Shown: positions 19,715 to 31,169 of the stretch, one piece after another
Numbering within the stretch: the stretch's first letter is position 1
How the letters are laid out: each line of letters begins with the position of its first letter
Origin: a virus
Reading direction: 5' to 3' (one strand)
IMG/VR virus record: IMGVR_UViG_3300032313_001394
Coordinates: 32,001-96,000 of that record
Length of the DNA: 64,000 nucleotides
The notes under the pieces: generated by a model
Told to the model about the DNA's origin: nothing
Databases searched by the model: none
The model's input: only the letters and a program-made list of their open reading frames with translations
Made by a program: the position numbers and the translations under genes

Positions 19715-21022
19715 TTAATTACAATTACATACTTGAACAGTTCCCATTATTTGAGTTAAGCCACTCGTGCTATAAATAGCTCCTAAAGAATAATAACAGA
19801 ATCCACCCCCACTAAAATAAGTTTCTCCACTTGATATAAAATCGGTAGTATAATTATTAGTATCATAATTATCACATCTCATTAATTGGTATCCTACTAT
19901 AGTAGGAGTAGGAGTTGGAGTTGTTGTTGCGGTAGCGGTAGCTGTTATTGTTGTTGTTGCTGTAGCTGTTGCTGTTGCTGTTGTTGTAGCGGTCGTAGTA
20001 ACGGTTGGAGTTGCTGTTGTTGTAGCAGTTACAGTTGTAGTTGTTGTTGCTGTTGCCGTTACTGTTACTGTTGGAGTTGGAGTTGGAGTTGGTATTAATT
20101 CAGTAAAACTAACTGCAAAGTCACAATTATTTTTAACTATTGCTTTTATTAATCCAGCATTACTAGTTAATGTTTTATCATCACAATTACTTCCACTTAT
20201 AGTAGCATCAAAAGTATAATTAGTATAATATGTCCCTAAGCCAACATTAGCAAAAGTAGTAGTACCATTATTATTATCTGTAAATAAAGTGTAATCAAAA
20301 TTAAATAATTCTAAACTACCTGTTAATAATATATCATTAGTATTACGAAGTGTTATGGATGCTGATATTGGAATAATTCTACTAGTATCAGTATCTAAAT
20401 AATTTACTTCTCTATAATTAGCTAATGGTGGTAAAGGCCACATTGATTGATAATCTTGATTTGTTATTATTGCTAATCCATGAGCATAAAAGATATTACC
20501 TACATGAACATTAGAATTTTTAGTATCTCTTAAATTACCTATACCATCATCTTCAATATAATAAACAGAAGAGGATAATTCAAATTCGTAGGGTAAAATT
20601 TGTTCACCATATAAATTTTTACTTATAGATAAAACACGTATACCTTCATTAGCTCCAGTAGGAAATGTTTTTCTTAATCCTGAATTTTCATTATAATTAA
20701 AATAAGAACCCGTTGCTCTTACTTGAGAACTTCCATCATAATATAAAGAAGACAATAATGAACTAGTATTTAAATTTAAATTACTAGATGAATACTGTTG
20801 ATAAAATAAATGATTAATTTGAGAATAAACTAATCTCTCATATTCTCCTTGAGTTACCGGATCATGATTAGATGAAAAGGAACTGATTAGATTAGTTCCT
20901 TTCAAAATCTTTATATTTTGATCATTTTCCGGATAAGGACAATATTCGAAAACCCAATTTTTATTGGCTACATACGGAACGGAAATTATATCCGATCGTT
21001 TTAATCTTTTAAATGAAGCCAT
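19715..21022 (-). CDS. Virion structural protein with C-terminal Thr-rich tract
   Basis: YGEQI.P, DDGIGNL, VGNIFYAHGLAIITN resemble the middle of 21033..22043. Confidence 0.7.
   Translation of the reverse strand: MASFKRLKRSDIISVPYVANKNWVFEYCPYPENDQNIKILKGTNLISSFSSNHDPVTQGEYERLVYSQINHLFYQQYSSSNLNLNTSSLLSSLYYDGSSQVRATGSYFNYNENSGLRKTFPTGANEGIRVLSISKNLYGEQILPYEFELSSSVYYIEDDGIGNLRDTKNSNVHVGNIFYAHGLAIITNQDYQSMWPLPPLANYREVNYLDTDTSRIIPISASITLRNTNDILLTGSLELFNFDYTLFTDNNNGTTTFANVGLGTYYTNYTFDATISGSNCDDKTLTSNAGLIKAIVKNNCDFAVSFTELIPTPTPTPTVTVTATATTTTTVTATTTATPTVTTTATTTATATATATTTITATATATTTPTPTPTIVGYQLMRCDNYDTNNYTTDFISSGETYFSGGGFCYYSLGAIYSTSGLTQIMGTVQVCNCN
19901..20094. repeat. Coding Thr-rich tandem repeat
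   Basis: GTT/GCT/GGA triplet repeats encoding PTPTPT..TATATTT. Confidence 0.85.
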
Positions 21023-21032
21023 TTAATTATTT

Positions 21033-22043
21033 TTAATAGTCTAACTTAATTCTAACTAAAGCTTCTTTAGTAAAATCTTTAATTAATGGACGAGACAATT
21101 TAGCAACAGCTACTAATTCGTTATTATCATTATACATACCTACAGTTGTAAAATATGTTTGAGGATTATTAATTAAAGTATCATATAATAAACTACCACT
21201 ATTATTTATAATTGAAGGATTTGTAGTATAATTATATTCATTATTTTTTACACGAGTGAAGAAATAACGAGATGATACAGTTTCTTCAGATTGAAGTGTA
21301 AAACTATTAGTTGTTCCTTTTATAACTCCGAATATTCTAGCATAATTACTAGTATTAGCAATATTAGTAGAATCAGTGACATTAATATCATTTAATGCTA
21401 TACCTCCTGAACCTGAATTTACAGATAGTGCCTTAGGGTTTAATAAAATAACACCTAAATCAGGAAACATTAAACCATAACTACCACTTACACCAGCTAA
21501 TGAAGTAGCAGCAGTTCCACCACTACCTGAAATTAAAGTATAATAACGATTTGAACCTATAAAATTAGTAACTGAACCATTTACTACACTATCATCTGTT
21601 AAACTAAGTATTGTTCTACCAAAATCAGAACCCGATAATTGTAAAGTTAAAGAACCAGGTTTAATTGCATCTTTATAACAAGAACGGGCAATATTTAAAG
21701 CAATAAAATCTGGAGAAGTATATGTTCCGAAAATAAAAGCTGAATTTTCATCATTATAGATTAAACTTCTATATTGTCCATAATTAATACGAGTTGGTGT
21801 TCTACCAACTACAGCAGCATTTAATGGAGCTGAACCTGAACCACTAACATGACCATATTGAATAGAAAATTGAACGGATGAAGTAGCTGAAGTATCGTAT
21901 ACATTCACATAATAAGGACTAGTAATAATACTAGAAGTAAAGAATGTGTTTAAACTAGCTGTATTAGTAGTTTTCCACATTCCTCTTACTACGGTTTCTG
22001 AACTTATTACTGAATCCTCAGTAGCGTATCTTGAAAATGACAT
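21033..22043 (-). CDS. Virion structural (baseplate/tail collar-like) protein
   Basis: C-terminal TTVGMYNDNNELVAVAKLSRP; structural module context. Confidence 0.7.
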   Translation of the reverse strand: MSFSRYATEDSVISSETVVRGMWKTTNTASLNTFFTSSIITSPYYVNVYDTSATSSVQFSIQYGHVSGSGSAPLNAAVVGRTPTRINYGQYRSLIYNDENSAFIFGTYTSPDFIALNIARSCYKDAIKPGSLTLQLSGSDFGRTILSLTDDSVVNGSVTNFIGSNRYYTLISGSGGTAATSLAGVSGSYGLMFPDLGVILLNPKALSVNSGSGGIALNDINVTDSTNIANTSNYARIFGVIKGTTNSFTLQSEETVSSRYFFTRVKNNEYNYTTNPSIINNSGSLLYDTLINNPQTYFTTVGMYNDNNELVAVAKLSRPLIKDFTKEALVRIKLDY

Positions 22044-22044
22044 A

Positions 22045-22707
22045 TTATAAGTTATTTACTTTAATTATATTTACAGGAATAGTAATTCTAGCACCTGAAT
22101 CTCTACCAATTACTGTAATAGTGGTTGATAATTGAGATGTTGAAGTACCAAATAATGTATTAATTGTAGTACCAGTTAATGTAAATGAAGTACCTAATAC
22201 TGATTTACTTAATTGAGCACCGGTAGTTGTATTAGCATCTGTTACTGGAGTATTTGAAGTAATACCAGTACCATTAAATGTAGATAGTAATCTAATATCT
22301 GCTATTGTTGCTGTATAGCCATTAGATTCAAATATTGAAGTAGCTCCTAGATAATTTAATGTTTGAGGAGTAATAGTTAATGTAGCTCCTTGACGAACTG
22401 ATATTATATCATATCCTAAAGAAATAACAGGCAATTTTGAAGTTCCACGAGGTAAAGTAACTAATTTATATCTCATAATTTGAGATTCATCAGGGAATGC
22501 TTCAATCATAGGCATGGCTTCAATAGCTTCACCATAAAAAGCTGAACCTGAAGGGTGAGTTGGATTATATAAAGTATAATCGATTTCATCATCAGCTAAT
22601 GAAAATTGGGTAATCTGAAAAGAACCGTCATTTCGTGCTAATAATTCACGTCCTTTGGTGGTTAATACAGCATCTACTGTTATTGTAGTATTATTTAAAA
22701 TTGCCAT
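22045..22707 (-). CDS. Virion structural protein (tail-collar-like N-terminus)
   Basis: DAVLTTKGRELLA...ITQFSLADDEIDY. Confidence 0.7.
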   Translation of the reverse strand: MAILNNTTITVDAVLTTKGRELLARNDGSFQITQFSLADDEIDYTLYNPTHPSGSAFYGEAIEAMPMIEAFPDESQIMRYKLVTLPRGTSKLPVISLGYDIISVRQGATLTITPQTLNYLGATSIFESNGYTATIADIRLLSTFNGTGITSNTPVTDANTTTGAQLSKSVLGTSFTLTGTTINTLFGTSTSQLSTTITVIGRDSGARITIPVNIIKVNNL

Positions 22708-22726
22708 AATTTATTGTTATTTTCGT

Positions 22727-22734
22727 ATAAATAT
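22727..22734 (-). promoter_or_regulatory. Class-B promoter core ATATTTAT
   Basis: Intergenic, about 20 nt upstream of the ATG at 22707. Confidence 0.5.
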
Positions 22735-22755
22735 ATATGTTTATAAAATTATTGA

Positions 22756-25700
22756 TTAAAAGTTAGTATTTGTAATTCCAAAATCAATTAATTTTTGCTT
22801 TACTTCTTTAGTTATAGTATCTATATTATCTAATACATCAGGATGTATATTATTAGGTATAATAAGACCAATAGATGTTTCACCATCTTTTTTATTAAAT
22901 TGTAAAAGAATATTAGCTTCATCTTTAACTTTAGTTAAAAATAAAAATTGACTTATATCCGAACTAGAGTAAACTGATTTATTTAAAATACTAGGTAAAT
23001 CAGAATATAATTTTAAAGTTAATTGATTATTTAAAATATTAACATCTGATATTTCTGATTCGAAATAAGAATTTGAAGGACCATAATATAATATTATTAA
23101 ATCTCCTTTTTTAGGTGAGAATGTAAATAAAGCATCATTATAAGTATTATATAAAGTATTTTGAACAAATCCACTTCCACTAGGTAAAAATAAATAATCT
23201 TTAAAATTAGTTAAAGATCTATTTAATACTAAACTACCGGAAATAGAACCCGATATAAAAGGAGAAGCTCCTGAATTACTAGTAGCAAAAGGATTATTAC
23301 CTATTTGATTTTGTTGAATTGAACTAAAAATTATTCCATTATTTGATAAATTATCATATTTTTCAATAGAAGCAGTAAAGTTATTAGTTGTAAAAGCTAC
23401 ACTTCCTGTAGTTAATTCGAATGCTATTTTATCACCTAAAGTAAATGGTTTAAAATCTGAATCTAAATTAAAATTTAAATAATTAATTAGATTACTAGTA
23501 GGAAATGTATATAATTTTTTATCAGTTGTAGGTAAAAGAAAAGTATCAGTACAATTAGGAGAAAGAAGTCCAATTGATAAAAAATAAGCATTTGTTACAT
23601 AATATTCTCCACTACCAAATAAATTACATAAATTATCAAGATAAGCACCCGCTATAATTTTATATAATGTAGTATTTGCGGGTAATACTTCTCCAGTAGT
23701 ATTACCTCCTTCATCATAAATAGTTGTGTTAGCAGGTAAACTAATAGTAGGATTTCCTTCTGGTATTTTAGCAAATTGTAAACTAGTATTAACAGTAGAA
23801 CGAATTCCAGAGGCCGCGGAAAGTGTTTGAGATACTAATGTACTATCTCCTACTTTTTTAATAGCAGCAGTAAATGAACCTGCTTGATTATTAGATTTAA
23901 ATTCTAATTTTATTGTAAATTTAAAATTAAATCTTTGATCTCCCGTTTCTTGAATACTATAAGTAGAAAATGTATTATTTCCAAAATTACTATAAAAAAT
24001 ATTACCATCTTTATAAAGAGTATTATTTGGATCATTAGTTACTTTATCAACTGCTTTAAATATTTTACCTCCTACAATAGGATAAGTTTCAGTACCTGGT
24101 GTACTACCACTTATAATACCTCCATTTAATAAACGAATTTGAAATTGTTTAGCTAAAGTATCTCCAGTATAATTAAAATATAAATTTGAATTAGGATTAG
24201 AACTATACGGACCATTATATAATATAGGAAAATAAGAATATCCGCTAGTGTATATTAATTTTTCACCATCAGTTGATTTTTGAGAAACAGCATTAGTTTC
24301 AGAATTTCGAGAATTATCAAATTGAGCTACTGTTAATATCTCACCTGATTTAAAAATATTTTGTACTTCTTCCCAATTTTTATTCTTTTTATTTAATTCA
24401 GTTAAACTACCACTTTCATCAACAAGATATTTTAAAAAAACATTATTTTGTTGAGGATAAGTAAAAAATGGATTTCGTTGAATTTGAGTAAATAAACCTA
24501 ATTTTCTAGTATGATGATTAATAACTGATTCTTTACCAAATGTTATATCACCTCCATAATTAGAAGAAGCTGAAGAATATATATTTAATTTTAATCCTGA
24601 TAATTTACTTCCTTCATATCTAGAATTTTTATGTCCTAATAAATTTAATTGGCTATCTTGTAATTCAGCATCTGATATAAACTCATATTTGGTTGAACTA
24701 GTATTAAATACTTTACCATTAACCGTAGTATATAAAGGTTCTACTTTTTGTCTTATAGAAGAAACAATACTTGAAGAAACATTATTTAAAGTAATGTTAA
24801 AATCAGTATGATTAAATAAATTTATATCAATTGATTCAGTAGGAAATAAATATGGATTTATATGTTCATCATCAAAATAACTATAAACATTAACATATGA
24901 ACCTGTTATTTGTCCATCATAAAATGAAGTTTTAGTACCATTTAGTTTATCATAGTAATAACTTTTATCCTCTTCAATAGTTGGAGCAGCATATTCAGCT
25001 TCATATACTATATTTTCTTCTACTTTAGGATGATAAACAGGAATTTTATTTCTTTCTAAAACTGATGATTTGATAGTTACTCCAGTTAAAGCGTTTGTTC
25101 TAGCAGGAACAAAATCTTTTAGCATTTTAAATAAACTATTATCAAAATATTTTACTAATTCAATAAATCCTTTATAATCTAATGGTTTTTCACTACCGGA
25201 AATAGCAGAACTAGCTGAAATAAAATAATTATTTTGTTGAATTAATAATTGATAAGATGATGAATTTATTAAAGCCGGATCACCAATATAATCATCTAAT
25301 GAAAATGTAGGTGCTAAAATAGCAATAGATGCTGATAATCGGGTATTTAATTCATTTTGAGGACTAAAAGATAAATCAACAAAATGTAAATCAGTTGAAG
25401 TAAATTCAGATGATGAAGTTGATTTTTGTTGTAATGAAATAAATGGTGATAAAACACTACCCGTAATGGTATTATTTTGAATAGTTATTTTATCATTATC
25501 AAATCCTTTAATTTTATTTTTCTTAGTAGACCCACCAAATTCTTTAGGATTAAGTATACTACTAGTAATACCAAACGTATTAATTAAATTTTGTAAACCG
25601 ATAGATGTACCTCTAGTTTTAGATAATAAAGGTATATTATGGTATATTCTTTTATATGTTTCAGCTAATAAATCTTTTTTAGGAATATTATTTAAATAAC

Positions 25701-27210
25701 TACTAGTAATTGAAAAATTATCTGTAAATAATGTACTTCCGCTATTTAATCCTCCAACATAATCACTAAAATTATCATCACCTTTACTATTATAAAGTTT
25801 AACACCTAATGATTGTAAAGCATTATAGACTGTATCTTTAGATACACCTTTTTCTAAATTATTATCAGCATTATAAAGTTCATTAATTGATGTAATATAA
25901 ATCCATATATTATCAAAATAATGACCAATCATATCTACAAAATCATAATATGATTGATAATTAGTTGGATCATTTTTTATAAAATTAGGAATAATATTAT
26001 ATAAACGATCTAAATTATTTTCATCATAAATAATAGCAGAACCAGTATAAGTATTATACCAAGATACTACATTAATTGAACTAGTAGAAGCTAAATAATA
26101 TGGTTTTATATTAGTGGTTTTGGGCCAAGCATAAGATGAAGATTCAAAATACATATAGTTTTCAAATCCATCAAAATTTTTAATAATATTATCTATTTCT
26201 AATTTAATAGAAGCTGTTTGTTCATTTTTTAATACATTAGTAGAACCTGTAATTATATTAATATTATTATTATAATTTTCAATTTGTTTTACTTTATCAT
26301 AAAAAATATTTAAACGTGTTTCAGCTGAACTAAAATGAGTAAAATTTTCAAATGATGTATAATCAATATTTAAATCATATGAATCATCATTCATATAGTT
26401 TAAAACTTGTTGATATGATGAACCGGTTAAAGATGAAACTAAAGAAGAATAATTTTGATAATCAGTACTTACATTTTGTTTAACATCTATATTAATATCA
26501 AAATTAGGACCTCTTAATAAAGGAGCATCATTAGGAATTACAGAAGTGTCTAAATTTATATCAAACACATACGGTTCAATAATTTCTTCTGTTATCCAAC
26601 ATGTTTCTTTTTCAAATATATTTTGGATTAAAGGTTCATATAATTTTAATAAAATTGAAGAATCTTCAACTTTAATAGCAACATTAACTACTAATATTTT
26701 TACATTATCTGAAAAATTTAATATAAAATATTTTTGTTCTGAAGAACTTTCTAATTCATTAATTAAATCATTTCCATGTTTAATTAAATCTTCAGATGAT
26801 AATATTGTTGATTTAATACTAAGTTCAGTCCTATCTTCAGAAATTCTACTGATAAATAATTCTGAATCTGAAGATGATATTTTTTTAGTTTGAAAATTAT
26901 ATTGGGTTGTAAATTGACCCGAAATATATCCAAAAGATTGTAAATCTGTTGTTGGATCAATTTCAATTAAAGGTAATTTGAAATCAGGAGTAAGATAAGA
27001 ATCAGATGGTAATTTAAAATTTCTATAATTATAATTACTATCAATTAAATTTCCTCCACCATCATATATAAAATATTCAATATAATCATTTTCAAAACCA
27101 AAAGTTTGATTTTTTACTTGTACATTAAGTAAATTTAAATCTTCTAATTTTAAACGATTTATTCGTTGAATATCATTTATATTACCAATAATTCTTATAT
27201 TATCTGCCAT
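22756..27210 (-). CDS. Large baseplate/tail structural protein
   Basis: 1484 aa; FVDMIGHYFD, KRIYHN.P.L.KTRGT, FVPART wedge-like motifs; baseplate context. Confidence 0.7.
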   Translation of the reverse strand: MADNIRIIGNINDIQRINRLKLEDLNLLNVQVKNQTFGFENDYIEYFIYDGGGNLIDSNYNYRNFKLPSDSYLTPDFKLPLIEIDPTTDLQSFGYISGQFTTQYNFQTKKISSSDSELFISRISEDRTELSIKSTILSSEDLIKHGNDLINELESSSEQKYFILNFSDNVKILVVNVAIKVEDSSILLKLYEPLIQNIFEKETCWITEEIIEPYVFDINLDTSVIPNDAPLLRGPNFDINIDVKQNVSTDYQNYSSLVSSLTGSSYQQVLNYMNDDSYDLNIDYTSFENFTHFSSAETRLNIFYDKVKQIENYNNNINIITGSTNVLKNEQTASIKLEIDNIIKNFDGFENYMYFESSSYAWPKTTNIKPYYLASTSSINVVSWYNTYTGSAIIYDENNLDRLYNIIPNFIKNDPTNYQSYYDFVDMIGHYFDNIWIYITSINELYNADNNLEKGVSKDTVYNALQSLGVKLYNSKGDDNFSDYVGGLNSGSTLFTDNFSITSSYLNNIPKKDLLAETYKRIYHNIPLLSKTRGTSIGLQNLINTFGITSSILNPKEFGGSTKKNKIKGFDNDKITIQNNTITGSVLSPFISLQQKSTSSSEFTSTDLHFVDLSFSPQNELNTRLSASIAILAPTFSLDDYIGDPALINSSSYQLLIQQNNYFISASSAISGSEKPLDYKGFIELVKYFDNSLFKMLKDFVPARTNALTGVTIKSSVLERNKIPVYHPKVEENIVYEAEYAAPTIEEDKSYYYDKLNGTKTSFYDGQITGSYVNVYSYFDDEHINPYLFPTESIDINLFNHTDFNITLNNVSSSIVSSIRQKVEPLYTTVNGKVFNTSSTKYEFISDAELQDSQLNLLGHKNSRYEGSKLSGLKLNIYSSASSNYGGDITFGKESVINHHTRKLGLFTQIQRNPFFTYPQQNNVFLKYLVDESGSLTELNKKNKNWEEVQNIFKSGEILTVAQFDNSRNSETNAVSQKSTDGEKLIYTSGYSYFPILYNGPYSSNPNSNLYFNYTGDTLAKQFQIRLLNGGIISGSTPGTETYPIVGGKIFKAVDKVTNDPNNTLYKDGNIFYSNFGNNTFSTYSIQETGDQRFNFKFTIKLEFKSNNQAGSFTAAIKKVGDSTLVSQTLSAASGIRSTVNTSLQFAKIPEGNPTISLPANTTIYDEGGNTTGEVLPANTTLYKIIAGAYLDNLCNLFGSGEYYVTNAYFLSIGLLSPNCTDTFLLPTTDKKLYTFPTSNLINYLNFNLDSDFKPFTLGDKIAFELTTGSVAFTTNNFTASIEKYDNLSNNGIIFSSIQQNQIGNNPFATSNSGASPFISGSISGSLVLNRSLTNFKDYLFLPSGSGFVQNTLYNTYNDALFTFSPKKGDLIILYYGPSNSYFESEISDVNILNNQLTLKLYSDLPSILNKSVYSSSDISQFLFLTKVKDEANILLQFNKKDGETSIGLIIPNNIHPDVLDNIDTITKEVKQKLIDFGITNTNF

Positions 27211-27545
27211 TATTTTTTATTTAAATCTGATAATGTTTTATTAGCGCCTAATAATTCTTGTCTTAAAGAAGTAATTTCATCTAATAAAGCTTGTATATTG
27301 GTTTGATCATTTATATTAACACCTAAATATTCTGCTTCTTTATTTAAAATATATCGATGAGAATCTATATCTCCTTCTTTAGGAATTTGATTAAATAATT
27401 CGTCATATAATTGAAAGAAATCATCAAGAGTAAATGTATCTTCAACATTAACATCTTCATTAATTAATTGTTTGAATTTAGTATCAACTATTTTTTCAAA
27501 ATCTTGTTTATTAAAAATACTTTTATCTAAAGATATTTGAGTCAT
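27210..27545 (-). CDS. Hypothetical structural-module protein
   Basis: ORF track; TAATG coupling. Confidence 0.75.
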   Translation of the reverse strand: MTQISLDKSIFNKQDFEKIVDTKFKQLINEDVNVEDTFTLDDFFQLYDELFNQIPKEGDIDSHRYILNKEAEYLGVNINDQTNIQALLDEITSLRQELLGANKTLSDLNKK

Positions 27546-28621
27546 TATTGTATAACTTTAAAATAATTATTATCTTCAATTACTATTGTACTACCACTTA
27601 TAATTGTTTTTACTAATACTTGATAGTATCTTTCAGGTTGTAAACCATTCATATATAAATCAAAATAATTACCTGATGAATCACAAGATAATTTTGTAAA
27701 TGTAGTATCAAAGTCTATTATAAATTCATCAGTTTTAATATCTTTAATAGCATAATATGATGAAGTAGGTAATATTTTATTATTTAAATATACAGAAGAG
27801 GTTTGAAAACTCCTAGCAGGATATTGATCTCTTACATTTACTCTAAAACGATTTACTGAGTCAATTTGGAATTCACCTTTATTATTAGCTAATGTAATTG
27901 TTGGATTTGATGATATAATTGTAGATAAAGAACCAGGATTATAAATAAAATCATTCCATCTAAATTCTAAACATGGAGGATAAATAGTATGGGTATCTAC
28001 TGAAAAATATTTAGTTTCAAAAGGAAAATTTGTTGTAAATTCTAAAGAACTAGAATGTTTAATTATAAATCCATTTTGATAAAAACTAGAGCTAATAGTA
28101 TTAGTTACATCTAATTCAATATCTTTATCAGTAGCATATGTAAAAGATTGAGTAGCAGTAAAATAACTTGATGTATACCATACTCCTCCTCCTATATTAC
28201 TTCCAGTATATTCATTAGTAGTTCCATTAAAAGAAGAAGTAAATATACTTCCACTTAAATTATCTCTATATTTCCAACTTACCCCATTTGTAGTAGATGG
28301 AATATTAGCTGCTCTACCAGTTCCCATATTCCAAGATCCTGAAATAGGATGACAATATATAGTATAATTTAAAGGTATTTCATTAGTATTAGCTAGAAAT
28401 AATTTTAAATAAGCTTTATAATTAGATAAACCTATTTTATTAGTTAAAATATCTTGGATTTCTAAATTTGTAAACGATATTAGAATACGAGATACTTCAC
28501 CTAATTGTTCTATAGAATCGTAAATACTTAAATCTAATATTTCATCTAATCCAGTATTTTTTATTGGATAAAATGAATATATAGAAGCGTCTTTATCAGG
28601 AAATATTTTATAAATTGCCAT
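27545..28621 (-). CDS. Virion structural protein (beta-sandwich, DNRLRE-like)
   Basis: KDASIYS, SRILI.F, DIELDVT, THTIYPP.LE. Confidence 0.65.
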   Translation of the reverse strand: MAIYKIFPDKDASIYSFYPIKNTGLDEILDLSIYDSIEQLGEVSRILISFTNLEIQDILTNKIGLSNYKAYLKLFLANTNEIPLNYTIYCHPISGSWNMGTGRAANIPSTTNGVSWKYRDNLSGSIFTSSFNGTTNEYTGSNIGGGVWYTSSYFTATQSFTYATDKDIELDVTNTISSSFYQNGFIIKHSSSLEFTTNFPFETKYFSVDTHTIYPPCLEFRWNDFIYNPGSLSTIISSNPTITLANNKGEFQIDSVNRFRVNVRDQYPARSFQTSSVYLNNKILPTSSYYAIKDIKTDEFIIDFDTTFTKLSCDSSGNYFDLYMNGLQPERYYQVLVKTIISGSTIVIEDNNYFKVIQ

Positions 28622-28623
28622 TA

Positions 28624-30429
28624 TTAATATGTAATTATTCTACCATTTATGTCATTATCAAGGAAACGGACTTCAAATATACTTGGATCAATTGAAGGAT
28701 AAATTATTCCATTTCTAGTAGCTGATATAATATCATAAGCATATGGAGAATAACCACCGCTTTGCTTATTTACAATTTCAATTTTAGGAACGGATCTTAC
28801 ACCAGGAACTTTGATTAGAAGTGAATTAATTTCGGATAAAATAATAGGTTGATTAATTTGCCATGCATCTATATTAAAATAATTTTTTAATTGAGATATA
28901 CACGCAGATAATAATTCTTTATTATTATAACTTGGATCAACTGTTATTTCAAAATTTACTCCAATATTAATATAAAATGCATTTTTGATGTTAATAGCAT
29001 CAGTAATCATTCTATATTCATCTAAATATGTTTTTAAATTTGTTTTTAATACTGAATTAGTTTGGATTAATTGTTTATTTGCATTATATGCTAAAATATA
29101 TAAATCTAAACTTAAAGGATTACCAGAAACTAAATTACCTAATGAATTATAAGTTTCTTGTGTTATATATGCTTTAGCAATATTACCATAACGAGAAGGT
29201 AAACTTAATGTTCTAAATATATAATCTTCTTTAGTTACTGCTCTATTTTGAGCTGTATATGCGTTTAATGTATTTAAACGAATTTCTTCAATAGTATCAG
29301 CTCCTCTACCTCCAGTAGCAGGAATAGGATTATTTACTAATAAACTATTTATAATTATAGCTTTAACACCAGCATCTGCTGGATTATATTTAAACCAATT
29401 ACTTAAAGCATTAGTAGTATCAATTGATGATAATGAATTAGCAGGTAAATTAGATTCAATTCCACCTCCTACTAGATATTGAATATTTAAACTACCTGAA
29501 GGCGCTACTCCATATGTTTTAGAAAAAAATACAGAGGCTTTATTATAATCATCTACTAAACCTCCTACACTAGGTATTAAACCTAAATTAATATTTTCTG
29601 GAGTTGGTAATATTGTAGAATCATAATTAGATACTCCAGCACCAAATTGTAATTCAATAGATCCTGTATTTTTAACTCTAGTTACAAATCGATTAGGTAC
29701 ATTTTTTAATTGTAATAAATAATTAATTCCATCACTTCCTGATGTAGGATTTAAAGAAGATGAAAATATAATATTTTGAGCTAAATAAGGAACTTCATAC
29801 CATTTTGAATTATCACTACCACTAACAGATAATATTTGAATAATATTATTATCATTTATAGTAGTAGAAACGAATTTATTATTACCTAAAAAATTAACTG
29901 TTGTTGATTTAATTTCAGCTGAAATAACAGGAATTGTTTTTTTAGCTAAAAAATAATTATTATTATAAAAAGTAATTTCAGCAGATGAAGTTTGAGAAAA
30001 ATCTATATCTTCAGTTGTTATAAATTTAGAAAAATTAGAATTACTAGTTACTACTGTATTAGCAGGAATTAATAATGAATATGATAAATCAGGAGAACCA
30101 CCTACTGAAGGTAGTAATTGATATATTTCAATATTAGTAGTAGAAGCATAAGATAATTTAGGGCGATATCCAAATGAATAGGCTAAATTATATAAACTTT
30201 CTTGTTCTTTAGCTAAATTTAAAAAATTTTCTTGAAATTGAGTATCAATATAAAATGAAGAAACATCACCAACATATGATGCCATTTCAATAAACATATT
30301 TCCTGGAGATGCTTCTGAAAAATCATTATAAGTATTAGGAAAATAGGTTTTAGCAAAATCTTGAAGTGATAATTTAAAATCACTAAATGATTTATTTAAA
30401 TAATTTATATTTTTAGGCTCAGTTGTCAT
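28624..30429 (-). CDS. Baseplate wedge protein (T4 gp6/baseplate J-like)
   Basis: YNDFSEASPG.MFIEMASYVGD, QFGAG, GG...TIEEIR...QNRAVT.EDY. Confidence 0.85.
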   Translation of the reverse strand: MTTEPKNINYLNKSFSDFKLSLQDFAKTYFPNTYNDFSEASPGNMFIEMASYVGDVSSFYIDTQFQENFLNLAKEQESLYNLAYSFGYRPKLSYASTTNIEIYQLLPSVGGSPDLSYSLLIPANTVVTSNSNFSKFITTEDIDFSQTSSAEITFYNNNYFLAKKTIPVISAEIKSTTVNFLGNNKFVSTTINDNNIIQILSVSGSDNSKWYEVPYLAQNIIFSSSLNPTSGSDGINYLLQLKNVPNRFVTRVKNTGSIELQFGAGVSNYDSTILPTPENINLGLIPSVGGLVDDYNKASVFFSKTYGVAPSGSLNIQYLVGGGIESNLPANSLSSIDTTNALSNWFKYNPADAGVKAIIINSLLVNNPIPATGGRGADTIEEIRLNTLNAYTAQNRAVTKEDYIFRTLSLPSRYGNIAKAYITQETYNSLGNLVSGNPLSLDLYILAYNANKQLIQTNSVLKTNLKTYLDEYRMITDAINIKNAFYINIGVNFEITVDPSYNNKELLSACISQLKNYFNIDAWQINQPIILSEINSLLIKVPGVRSVPKIEIVNKQSGGYSPYAYDIISATRNGIIYPSIDPSIFEVRFLDNDINGRIITY

Positions 30430-30845
30430 TGTAAAGTTGAGAAGTCTATAATAATATTATCTTTAGTTCCTGATAGTTTTATTATATATGAAATATTGAT
30501 ATATAAAATATTATAATCAGTATCAGGATTAATTTCTATATCAGTTAATTCAATTTCAGGTATATAAGTAGTTACACTATTAATTATTTGATTTTGTATT
30601 TTTTCAAATGTTTCTGGAGTGATTTGTTCAAATATTAATCGAGGTAAATCGGCACCAAATTCAGGATTTTCTATTCGTTCTCCTTTATATGTTAATAAAA
30701 GATTAATTAAATTAGATTTAATTTGATCTTTAGTAGCATATGTACTTTTAAATACACCTCCAGCATTAAACGGAAGACTAACTCCTACGGCTTTATTTTT
30801 ATCTAAATCTCTAGGATCAATCCTAACTACTTGAGGTATAGGCAT
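30426..30845 (-). CDS. Baseplate protein (T4 gp25-like)
   Basis: IKSNLINLLLT.KGER..NPEFG. Confidence 0.9.
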   Translation of the reverse strand: MPIPQVVRIDPRDLDKNKAVGVSLPFNAGGVFKSTYATKDQIKSNLINLLLTYKGERIENPEFGADLPRLIFEQITPETFEKIQNQIINSVTTYIPEIELTDIEINPDTDYNILYINISYIIKLSGTKDNIIIDFSTLQ

Positions 30846-30847
30846 AA

Positions 30848-31165
30848 TTATTCGCTATATTGTCTCATTTGAGCTAATTCTTGCGGAGTCATTGTAGCCG
30901 CAGTTTCAGCAATTATATCTAAATATGGATTTCCTGTTGATTGAACCTTTGGAGATGTTTGTTGATATCCATTATGTATAGGAGGAGTTTGTAAACCCAT
31001 CATATTAGCTAAATTTTTTCTATAAGCTACCATATCAACATCTTGTGAAGTAAAATTCATATTTCTATTCTCTTGAATAGGTTGAGGTTGAAAAGCAGAT
31101 AACTCCTCACGTAAAACTTCACGGACTGATTCTTTGATTAATTTTTTAAATACATCTATTTTCAT
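30848..31165 (-). CDS. Hypothetical protein with leader FKKLIKESVREVLRE
   Basis: ORF track; class-B motif just upstream. Confidence 0.75.
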   Translation of the reverse strand: MKIDVFKKLIKESVREVLREELSAFQPQPIQENRNMNFTSQDVDMVAYRKNLANMMGLQTPPIHNGYQQTSPKVQSTGNPYLDIIAETAATMTPQELAQMRQYSE

Positions 31166-31169
31166 GATT

